From assembly GCA_965213575.1 (NCBI GenBank), contig CBDBZN010000019.1, positions 9,534 to 73,533 of the forward strand: a DNA stretch of 64,000 nt, read 5' to 3'. The stretch is from Chitinophagales bacterium. GTDB lineage: Bacteria > Bacteroidota > Bacteroidia > Chitinophagales > JAUHXS01. Both the position numbers and the translations under genes were made by a program. The notes beneath the pieces are model-generated. The model was not told where the DNA came from. It saw only the letters and a list, made by a program, of their open reading frames with translations, and ran no database searches. Below are positions 1 to 8,858 of this stretch, in pieces (positions within the stretch are counted from its first letter, which is position 1; each line of letters starts with the position of its first letter).

Positions 1-424
1 GAAGTGCAGCTAATCCTTTTTCTTTGAGGCTATTAATGAGTTTTAATCGAACCTCTTTAGGCACATCCGGATAATCATCTAACCCTTCACAAACAGCCTT
101 AATAAACAGCCCGGACCCTCCAACTAATACAGCTATATTATTAGTTTGATATAGTTTTTCTAAATGCACTATAGCATCTCGTTCAAAATCTCCTGCCGAA
201 TAATTGTCATGAATAGATAATGAATTGATAAAATAATGTTTAACCTCCGATAATTCTGCCTTCGAAGGCTTAGCCACACCAATATTGAGTTCTTTATAAA
301 ATTGACGTGAGTCGGCAGAAAGAATATCACATTTAAAATACTTAGCTACCTGAATAGCTAAAGCTGTTTTACCTGAGGCGGTAGGGCCAAGTATACAAAT
401 AAGTTGCTTGGTACTATTTTTCAA
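1..424 (-). CDS. miaA: tRNA dimethylallyltransferase MiaA, N-terminal part (C-terminus beyond left window edge)
   Basis: Minus-strand frame is open from the window edge to TTG at 424. Translation LKNSTKQLICILGPTASGKTALAIQVAKYFKCDILSADSRQFYKELNIGVAKP... carries the GPTASGKT P-loop and DSRQ.Y motif typical of MiaA. Confidence 0.85.
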   Translation of the reverse strand, partial: MKNSTKQLICILGPTASGKTALAIQVAKYFKCDILSADSRQFYKELNIGVAKPSKAELSEVKHYFINSLSIHDNYSAGDFERDAIVHLEKLYQTNNIAVLVGGSGLFIKAVCEGLDDYPDVPKEVRLKLINSLKEKGLAAL

Positions 425-500
425 GCGGTAATACTTTAATATGGAATAGGTACATGCAATTTTATATTAAGAATTACATGCACCTTTTGGAAATATAAAC

Positions 501-2736
501 CTAATTATCATTCATATATTTACCTAGGGCTTCATCATAAGACTTTTTCCAAGAACTTACATCGCCCCAATCATCACCATTTATTGCAACATTTCCATTA
601 GTCACCTTGCCTATACTATATAAAGGCATCTTATATTCTTTGGCAATATTTTGAAGGTTTTCAATCTGCTCTTTTTTAACAGAAACTACCACACGGCCCT
701 GAGTTTCACCAAATAGATACGCATCTTTTCTGAGCCCTTTTTGAGTTTTTATTTCAAATCCTAAATTTTTAGTCATTGCTGATTCGATCAAGGTAATAAA
801 CATTCCTCCATCCGAAATATCATGAGCTGAGCTGATAGTTTTACTTTTTATTAGTTCTTTTAAGATATTTTGAAGTAAAAGTTCTTCATCTAAATTAAAA
901 TGTGGTACAGGAGAATGTTTTACCTTATGATAATGGATCAGATATTGAGAAGAGGAAATATCTTCACGAGTCTCTCCCAATATAAATATTTCATCTCCTT
1001 CATTTTTAAAATGTAAGGTCATTTTATCATGAATATCCTCTAACACACCGACCATACCAATCGTAGGAGTAGGCATTACAGGGCCTTCATCGCTTGATTG
1101 GTTATAAAAGCTCACATTACCTCCTGTCACCGGAGTTTCAAATTTTTCACAAGCTTTTTTCATGCCCTCAATAGCTCCTTGAAATTGCCAATATACTTCC
1201 GGGTTATATGGATTGCCAAAATTTAGGCAATTGGTAATCGCAGAGGGCACTCCCCCACTGCATATTATGTTACGAGCAGCTTCTGCTACAGCAATAGCGG
1301 TACCTTCAACCGGGTTGGCATAAACAAAATAAGGATTGCAATCAACCGTTATCGCCAATGCTTTATTTGTATCAAGGATCCTCACTGTAGCCGCATCAGC
1401 AGGCTCATTAGTGGAAGTATTGTTAACCTGTACCATTGAATCATATTGTTCGTATATCCACTTTTTAGAAGTAATATTAGGATGGGCAATTAATTGTTGA
1501 GCAACTTCTTTCAAATTATCAGGCTCTATGATTTTATTTATATCATAAGATAAAATTTCTCTTATATACGCCGGTTCTTTCACTTCCCTTTTGTATGCCG
1601 GTGTATCTCCTCCTAAGGCCAAATTTTTCGGAGCTATTTGGGCAACCAATTCTCCATTCATATAATATTCTAACATCTCCTTTTCTACTACTTCACCTAT
1701 AATAGCACAGTTTAAATCCCATTTTTCAAAGATATCTTCTATCGTTTTTTCTTTACCTTTTTTAACCACTACCAGCATTCTCTCTTGAGATTCTGAAAGT
1801 AAAATTTCAAAAGGCTTCATTCCCGCTTGTCTGGTAGGTACTTTATCTAAATAGATTTTCATGCCATGTTCGCCTTTTTCACACATCTCTGAAGTAGAAC
1901 AAGTGATCCCCGCAGCTCCCATATCTTGCATGCCTACTACTACACCGGCATCAATCGCTTCCAGTGTAGCTTCTAATAAAAGTTTTTCCTGAAAAGGATC
2001 ACCTACTTGTACAGAAGGCAAGTCATCAGCAGAGTTTTCTGTAATGTCACCCGAAGCAAAAGTAGCTCCATGGATGCCGTCTTTTCCGGTAGCAGAGCCG
2101 ACAATATATACCGGATTGCCCACTCCTTCAGCAGTGGCCGAGATTGTTTTACCATTTTTTACAATACCCACCGACATAGCATTTACTAACGGATTGACAT
2201 GATAAGATTCATCAAAATAAACTTCTCCACCAACAGTTGGCACACCAAAAGAATTGCCGTAATCTCCTATGCCTCTTACTACTCCTCTCACTAACCATTT
2301 TGTTTTTTCGTGCTTAATATTGCCAAATCTTAAGGAATTTAAAGCTGCAATAGGCCTTGCGCCCATCGTAAAAATATCTCGATGAATACCGCCCACACCG
2401 GTAGCAGCTCCTTGATAAGGCTCAATAGCAGATGGGTGATTGTGTGATTCAATTTTAAAAGCACAAGCCAAATTATCACCAATATTAACTAATCCTGCAT
2501 TCTCTTCACCTGCTTTAGCTAAAATATGAGCACCATCTTTAGGTAAAGTTTTAAAGCAGATTGATAGAATTTTTATAAGAGCAATGCTCTGACCACATTA
2601 CTGAAAACATACTTAGCTCTGTATAATTAGGCGTACGCCCCAGTAGCTCCTTGATCTTCTCTAATTCATCAGGGATCAATCCTAATTGGCCTGCCAACTC
2701 TTCATTTATTTCCGGCTCCTGTACAGCTGTGTTCAT
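501..2736 (-). pseudogene. purL: phosphoribosylformylglycinamidine synthase subunit PurL, split by a 1-nt frameshift (or assembly error)
   Basis: The 61-aa ORF 2551..2736 ends ...[15 protein letters not shown], which is the PurL N-terminus. ORF 501..2471 continues upstream in another frame as [55 protein letters not shown]. Together the two pieces make one PurL of about 740 aa. Confidence 0.85.
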
Positions 2737-2844
2737 GCTATTGATTTATTTGAAAGCAAAAATAAGGATTAATTATCATTATCTTTAGGCGAGGCAATCA
2801 ACATATAAACGCTTAGTTAACAATTTAAGAATCACTGATACCGA

Positions 2845-4129
2845 TTGGATCTTGTAGATGGATTACTGATTTTACTTTATAGTAGTTGCTTTATATTTAT
2901 TATAAACAAAGCACCTATATTTCGATCAACTGATTTACCTGTGAATCAGTTAACTATTTTTTATCTGTTAAAAGTAATAGGTGGCATTGCTTACATATAC
3001 ATTCACCAGCACTACTATAATGGTGGAGACACTTGGTTATATTTTCATGATACTGAAACAATCGCTTCTTCTCTAGCCGAATCTCCGTTTTATTATTTAT
3101 TTTTCACATTTGGGCCCAATGCCTTAGATACGCCTCCTGCTTTTGCTATTCCTTATATCCAAGAAATGGGTTTTTGGTATGATACGGCAGCATATTCCGT
3201 CATTCGATTAAATGCTGTTTTATATTTATTTACCCTAGGACATTTTTATGCCTATGCCTCTTTTACGGCTTTTATTTCTTTTACAGGATTATTTTTTATT
3301 TATAAGGCTTTTTCTATTTCTCTTACTTATTCCCTTCCCAAAATGATAGGCTATGCGGTATTTTTATTTCCTTCAACATTGTATTGGACTTCCGGAGCTC
3401 ATAAAGAAGTAATAATAATTCTCGCATTGGGTATTTTAATATATTATTCCTCAAAAATAACACTTCAACAATATTCTTTTAAAGATATCATCTGGATATT
3501 ACTTTCAGTTGCTTTAATTGGATGTATTCGATTCTATTTACTATTAATATTATTTGTCCCATGGATGTCTTACTATTTAGTTGCAATAAAAAAAACACCC
3601 TAAAAGAATTTATTTAGTTTCATTATTAACAGTAAGTATCGGCATAGTTGTTTTACACTTTTTCTTACCGGAATATTCCCCTCTGAAGTTACTTGTAAAT
3701 AAACAACAACAATTTTTAGTATTAAAAGGAAATTCTACTGTTGAATTAAGGCGATTTGGTTCTTCCATACCAAACTTAATAAAAACCATACCTGACGCTG
3801 TTAATAATGTTTTTGTAAAACCCTATCCTACTCAGTTAAATACTACTTTTAAAATAATATATGGCTTAGAAAATTATTTTATCATATCCTTGATTGTTTA
3901 CGTCATATTACTATGCGGAAAAAACCTAGCTATGAATAATAAGTTCTTTGATATTCCAAATATCATCATGTTTATGCTGACTTTTTCAATTTTAACGCTA
4001 ATTATCATCGGATTAGTAGTGCCTAATCTTGGAGCTATTGCACGATATAAATCCATTACAACTCCTTTCCTATTACCTTGTTTAATTCTTCTAATCTTAT
4101 ATAAAAATCCTAAGGTCGAAAATAAATAA
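2845..4129 (+). pseudogene. polytopic membrane protein of unknown function, split by a frameshift in an A8 run
   Basis: ORF 2845..3603 is highly hydrophobic with multiple TM segments and stops just after A8 (3588-3595). The next frame is open from 3590 to 4129, including about 100 codons with no start codon before the annotated 3890 start. Removing one A joins ...LVAIKKHPKRIYLVSLL... Confidence 0.6.
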
Positions 4130-4287
4130 ATATATTATAATTATTTATTTATGATTTATTCTTCCTATGCTTCTGTTAGTATCATGCTATATTTGAATAA
4201 TAATAAACATTATTTTAAGAATGAGAAACAATTGTTCATTATTTTCATAAATTTTCAGAAAAAATTGACTTATTTCAAAAATGCCTA

Positions 4288-4295
4288 TACCTTTG
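4288..4295 (+). promoter_or_regulatory. candidate Bacteroidota -7 promoter box (TAccTTTG) upstream of glnN
   Basis: tacctttg matches the TAnnTTTG consensus and lies 29 nt upstream of the ATG at 4324. A TTG at 4265-4267 sits about 21 nt upstream and could be the -33 element. Confidence 0.4.
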
Positions 4296-4323
4296 TAGCA
4301 TTATTAATCAATGATAAATAAAA

Positions 4324-6519
4324 ATGATCAACGTAAGATTTAATTCCCTTGATATTGTATCTAAAAGAGAAACGGCAAAGATTGAAAGGCCTTCTAAAAA
4401 GATTTCTGAATATTATGGCTCTCATGTTTTTAATGATGTTTGCATGCGAGAATATCTTTCAGAGGAAGCATATTTAAGTGTCATGAGCGCCATAGAAGCA
4501 GGCACTAAAATAGACCGTGAAATAGCAGATCAAGTTGCTTCTTCAATGAAAGCATGGGCAGTAAGCAAGGGAGCTACTCATTTTACACACTGGTTTCAAC
4601 CCCTCACCGGAGCTACTGCAGAAAAACATGACTCTTTTTTCACCCCTACATCAGGCGGGAAAGGCATAGAAAACTTCAACGGCGCAAAATTAGTACAGCA
4701 AGAACCTGATGCTTCCAGCTTCCCTAGTGGAGGGATCAGGAATACTTTTGAAGCCAGGGGATATACTGCGTGGGACCCATCTTCTCCGGCATTTGTTATG
4801 GAAATTGGCGCCGGCAAAACTTTATGTATTCCAACCATTTTTGTTTCCTACACAGGCGAAGCACTGGATTATAAAGCACCTCTCTTAAAATCGATCAACG
4901 AATTAGAAAAGGCTGCCGTTCCGGTATGTCAGTATTTTGATAAAAATGTTAAAAAAGTCACGCCAACCTTAGGATGGGAACAAGAATACTTTTTAATCGA
5001 TGCAGCGCTGTATGATGCTCGGCCGGATTTAGTATTGGCTGGCAGGACTGTTTTTGGACAAATTGGTGCAAAAGGCCAGCAGTTAGAAGATCATTATTTT
5101 GGATCTATTCCGGAAAGAGCCTATGCCTATATGCTTGATTTGGAAACCGAATGCCACAAGTTAGGCATTCCGGTAAGCACCCGCCATAATGAGGTAGCAC
5201 CTAGCCAATATGAATGTGCACCGATGTTTGAGGAAATGAACCTAGCAGTAGATCACAACCAATTATTAATGGATTTAATGGATCGTATTGCCAGAAGACA
5301 TCATTTAAGAGTATTGCTCCATGAGAAGCCATATGCCAATATTAATGGATCAGGAAAACACAATAACTGGTCGATGAGTACAGATACCGGTAAAAATCTT
5401 TTATCGCCTGGTAGGACCCCTAAAACCAATCTTCAATTTTTAACTTTTTTTGTAAATACGATCAAAGCAGTTAATGAAAATGAAGAATTATTAAGATCAA
5501 GCTTTGCTTCTGCCGGAAACGACCACCGCTTAGGTGCAAATGAAGCACCGCCTGCTATTATTTCTGTTTTTATCGGATCTCATTTGTCAAATGTATTAAA
5601 TGCTATTGAAGAAAAAGTATCTGATAAAAACTTCAGCGAACAAGATAAGCTTGACTTAAAATTGGATATCCATAAAAACATACCATATTTATTGCTGGAT
5701 AATACCGATCGAAACAGGACTTCTCCATTTGCTTTTACTGGCAATAAATTTGAAGTACGGGCAGTAGGGTCAAACGCTAACTGTTCGCAACCGATGATTG
5801 TCTTAAATACCATAGTGGCTAATCAACTAAAGCAGTTTAAAAAAGATGTAGATGCTATTATTAAAGAAGGAGAGAAAAAAGATGCAGCCGTTTTGAAAGT
5901 AATCCGGGAATACATCATAGCTTCTAAAAGAATCATTTTCGAAAAAGACGGATATAGTAAAGAATGGGAAGAGGAAGCTAAAAAGAGAGGTTTATCAAAC
6001 AATAAAACCACGCCTGCTGCCTTAAAAGCCATGATTGCAGAGAGGTCAATTAATCTTTTCAAAGAAAATAATATTTTCACAGAAATAGAATTAAAAGCTC
6101 GGCATGAAATTCTATTAGAACAATATATTAAAGAAGTCCAAATAGAATCAAGAGTAATGGGAGAACTTGTTATCAATCACGTTTTACCTGCGGCCATCAA
6201 TTACCAGAACAAACTGGTTGAAAATGTGACCGGTTTAAAATCAGCAGGCATTGAAGGTGATGGGCTCAAAGCTCAACAAGACATTTTAAATAATGTATCG
6301 GATCATATTTACAAAGCTAAAACCGCGGTAGACAGCATGATAGAGGAACGTAAAAAAGCCAATACTATAACAAATGGAGATAAAAAAGCTGCCACGTATT
6401 GTGACAAGGTAAAACCATATTTTAACACTATTCGATACTCCGTCGAAAAGTTGGAATTTTATGTAGATAACCAATTGTGGCCTCTACCAAAGTACAGAGA
6501 AATGCTATTTTTGAGATAA
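4324..6519 (+). CDS. glnN: glutamine synthetase type III
   Basis: 731 aa, the length and sequence style of GSIII from Bacteroides and cyanobacteria: N-terminal ...RFNSLDIVSKRE..., EQEYFLID, NGSGKHNNWS and HRLGANEAPPAIIS motifs. Confidence 0.9.
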   Translation: MINVRFNSLDIVSKRETAKIERPSKKISEYYGSHVFNDVCMREYLSEEAYLSVMSAIEAGTKIDREIADQVASSMKAWAVSKGATHFTHWFQPLTGATAEKHDSFFTPTSGGKGIENFNGAKLVQQEPDASSFPSGGIRNTFEARGYTAWDPSSPAFVMEIGAGKTLCIPTIFVSYTGEALDYKAPLLKSINELEKAAVPVCQYFDKNVKKVTPTLGWEQEYFLIDAALYDARPDLVLAGRTVFGQIGAKGQQLEDHYFGSIPERAYAYMLDLETECHKLGIPVSTRHNEVAPSQYECAPMFEEMNLAVDHNQLLMDLMDRIARRHHLRVLLHEKPYANINGSGKHNNWSMSTDTGKNLLSPGRTPKTNLQFLTFFVNTIKAVNENEELLRSSFASAGNDHRLGANEAPPAIISVFIGSHLSNVLNAIEEKVSDKNFSEQDKLDLKLDIHKNIPYLLLDNTDRNRTSPFAFTGNKFEVRAVGSNANCSQPMIVLNTIVANQLKQFKKDVDAIIKEGEKKDAAVLKVIREYIIASKRIIFEKDGYSKEWEEEAKKRGLSNNKTTPAALKAMIAERSINLFKENNIFTEIELKARHEILLEQYIKEVQIESRVMGELVINHVLPAAINYQNKLVENVTGLKSAGIEGDGLKAQQDILNNVSDHIYKAKTAVDSMIEERKKANTITNGDKKAATYCDKVKPYFNTIRYSVEKLEFYVDNQLWPLPKYREMLFLR

Positions 6520-6535
6520 TTGAAAGTATCTAATT

Positions 6536-6576
6536 AACAACACCTGCTAATTATTATTTGACAGGTGTTGTTTTAT
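6536..6576 (+). terminator. rho-independent terminator after glnN
   Basis: 11-bp stem aacaacacctg / caggtgttgtt (6536-6546 and 6562-6572) followed by ttttat. It starts 17 nt after the glnN stop. Confidence 0.65.
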
Positions 6577-6668
6577 AATAGAGGAATCTTTTTTCCGGTG
6601 TAATCCAAGTAGAGTGAAGCATATATTCAATTTCTTTCTATGAGCAGAGGTTATATAGATAGTAAATA

Positions 6669-7208
6669 TTACTCTCCATACTCCTGATTACTATAGGCCG
6701 GACTTGTAGGAGGTATAATTTTAATATAAGGATGTTTTGCTACTAAATGACAGCTATTACATCCATTCATCATAATAATATAACTTTCACCAAAGGCATC
6801 TAAGCTGTTAGATTCAATGGCTATTTTCAGTTCATCCATTCCCGGATCTGCCATTACTTTTGACAAATTACTTAAGTTTTGGCCATTTTCAATAACATTC
6901 GCCTCCTGTAGTTCTTCAAAAGCCTCATCCATTTCATGATGATAAAAATTTGCCAATTTCCAGTTTTCCGACTTTCCGGCAAACCATAATTTATTAAAAT
7001 AGCGTTGCAATTTATTCATTACATCTGCTACTTCAAAAAGCTCCTCAGGCTCATCTATTTCTTCCTGATGATCAGTTATTTTTATATGTGCCTGAGTGTT
7101 TTTAAATGACAATATTTCTTTTTCTAATTCACTGATCTGTATGGCCATATAAATCATACAAACAGTAAGAATGATAATAAAAATCCAATATATATGAGTT
7201 TTATTCAT
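6669..7208 (-). CDS. membrane-anchored putative class II (four-helix-bundle type) c-type cytochrome
   Basis: N-terminal TM helix (IYWIFIIILTVCMIYMAI), a predicted helical body, and a single CxxCH heme motif (CNSCH) about 25 aa from the C-terminus, as in cytochrome c'/c556-type proteins. Assignment rests on the motif only. Confidence 0.45.
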   Translation of the reverse strand: MNKTHIYWIFIIILTVCMIYMAIQISELEKEILSFKNTQAHIKITDHQEEIDEPEELFEVADVMNKLQRYFNKLWFAGKSENWKLANFYHHEMDEAFEELQEANVIENGQNLSNLSKVMADPGMDELKIAIESNSLDAFGESYIIMMNGCNSCHLVAKHPYIKIIPPTSPAYSNQEYGE

Positions 7209-7233
7209 AGCTTTCTTTTTGGTACGAAACCAT

Positions 7234-7241
7234 TATCTTTG
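7234..7241 (+). promoter_or_regulatory. candidate -7 promoter box (TAtcTTTG) for the FNR-ferredoxin operon
   Basis: tatctttg matches TAnnTTTG and lies 43 nt upstream of the ATG at 7284. No clear -33 element was seen. Confidence 0.3.
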
Positions 7242-7283
7242 TCAAACATTTAATCCATCAAAGATAAGAGATAAGTAGAAATA

Positions 7284-8285
7284 ATGATCGAGACAGATAT
7301 TATAATTATCGGTGCCGGCCCATGCGGATTATTTACTGTTTTTGAAGCCGGTTTAATAAAATTACGATGCCATTTAATAGATACTTTACCGTTGGCTGGA
7401 GGCCAATGTGCGGAGATATATCCGAAAAAGCCTATCTATGATATTCCCGGTTATCCTGAAATCCTTGCTGGCGAACTAGTCAATAATCTTATGGAGCAGA
7501 TAGCTCCTTTTAATCCCGGTTTTACCTTAGGCGAAAGAGCGGAGAGTATTGAAAAAGTGAATGGAAAGTTTATTGTTACAACTAATAAAGGCACTATGCA
7601 TACGGCTCCTGTAATAGCTATCGCCGGTGGTTTAGGATGTTTTGAACCTAGAAAACCACCTATTCATAACATTTTAGATTTTGAAGATAAAGGCGTAGAA
7701 TATATCATTAAAGATCCTGATTTGTATAAAGATAAACGCCTGGTGATTGCCGGTGGTGGTGATTCTGCGTTAGATTGGGCTATTTTCCTTTCTGATATAG
7801 CTCAAGAAGTTTCTCTTGTACATAGAAGAACAGATTTTAGAGGTGCTTTAGATTCTGTAGAAAAGGTACATCATCTAGTAGATGAAGGAAAGATTCATCT
7901 TTTTACAAATTCTGAAGTTATTGGCATAAAAGGTGATAATCAACTTAGCTCGGTTGTTATTCATCACAAAACGGAGGGTGAAGTCATTAAGGAGACAGAT
8001 CATTTTATTCCTTTATTTGGGCTTTCGCCGAAACTTGGCCCTATTGCAGAATGGGGCTTAAACATCGATAAGAATGCCATTGAGGTAGATACTTTTGATT
8101 ATAGCACTAATATTCCCGGCATTTATGCTATTGGTGATGTAAATACTTATCCGGGAAAACTGAAACTAATCCTTTGTGGATTTCATGAAGCTACATTAAT
8201 GGTACAATCAGCTTTTAAAAAGGTTTATCCCGATAAAAAAGTTCAATTTAAATATACTACCGTTAACGGGGTACAAGGTTTTTAA
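7284..8285 (+). CDS. ferredoxin-NADP+ reductase, thioredoxin-reductase-like type (YumC family)
   Basis: IIIIGAGPCGLF FAD fold, GGQ...YPKKPIYDIPGYP, GGGDSALDWA NADPH fold, HRR..FRG and GIYAIGD motifs. It lacks the CxxC redox centre of TrxB. 333 aa. Confidence 0.8.
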   Translation: MIETDIIIIGAGPCGLFTVFEAGLIKLRCHLIDTLPLAGGQCAEIYPKKPIYDIPGYPEILAGELVNNLMEQIAPFNPGFTLGERAESIEKVNGKFIVTTNKGTMHTAPVIAIAGGLGCFEPRKPPIHNILDFEDKGVEYIIKDPDLYKDKRLVIAGGGDSALDWAIFLSDIAQEVSLVHRRTDFRGALDSVEKVHHLVDEGKIHLFTNSEVIGIKGDNQLSSVVIHHKTEGEVIKETDHFIPLFGLSPKLGPIAEWGLNIDKNAIEVDTFDYSTNIPGIYAIGDVNTYPGKLKLILCGFHEATLMVQSAFKKVYPDKKVQFKYTTVNGVQGF

Positions 8286-8287
8286 TT

Positions 8288-8611
8288 ATGGAAGATGTAA
8301 TTATTACTGTTATTGACCGAGCCGATCAAGAACATTTTTTAACAGCGCCTACTGATATGGGCATGAACTTAATGGAAGTCTGTAAAGGCAATAACCTTCC
8401 GGTAGATGGCACTTGTGGAGGCATGGCACTTTGCTCTACTTGCCATGTATATGTGGAAAGCACTCATTCACTCCCTGAAATGTCAGAAGACGAAGAAAAT
8501 ATGCTCGACCAAGCGTTTTTTGTAAAAGATAATAGCCGTTTAGGCTGTCAGGTTCCAATTACGGAGCAGTTAGAAGGATTGGTTGTCAGGCTGGCTGCTG
8601 CGGGACAATGA
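8288..8611 (+). CDS. 2Fe-2S ferredoxin, adrenodoxin/putidaredoxin type
   Basis: GTCGGMALCSTCHVYV ... RLGCQV cysteine pattern, 107 aa. It starts 2 nt after the FNR stop, so it is likely in the same operon. Confidence 0.8.
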   Translation: MEDVIITVIDRADQEHFLTAPTDMGMNLMEVCKGNNLPVDGTCGGMALCSTCHVYVESTHSLPEMSEDEENMLDQAFFVKDNSRLGCQVPITEQLEGLVVRLAAAGQ

Positions 8612-8651
8612 TTTACGTAAATATTACGATATTCTATTAATAGAAAGTGCA

Positions 8652-8674
8652 TTATTCCCCATTTAAGGGAATAA
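8652..8674 (+). terminator. weak hairpin after the ferredoxin gene
   Basis: ttattccc / gggaataa 8-bp stem with a 7-nt loop, 40 nt after the stop. The T tract is poor. Confidence 0.3.
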
Positions 8675-8724
8675 ATTCATCAATAATCTTAAATATAGGA
8701 TACTTTATATATTTTGAAATTGAT

Positions 8725-8762
8725 TTAAGCTATATCTATTAAATTAAGCTATATCTATTAAA
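8725..8762. repeat. perfect tandem duplication of a 19-mer (ttaagctatatctattaaa x2)
   Basis: 8725-8743 and 8744-8762 are identical. The duplication lies about 100 nt upstream of the lipoprotein gene starting at 8859. Confidence 0.9.
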
Positions 8763-8858
8763 TGCTATTTCAATTGTTTGTAAGAACCAAATTCTATGGT
8801 ATGGTTATGGCTTTAATAAACCGAATTATATAGTATTAACTAACAAAAACAATATAAT

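Noticed and set aside
4227-4236. 10-bp perfect palindrome aacaattgtt upstream of glnN as a possible nitrogen-regulator operator
   Set aside because: Short AT-rich palindromes of this size are expected many times by chance in 64 kb of AT-rich DNA, and it matches no known motif.
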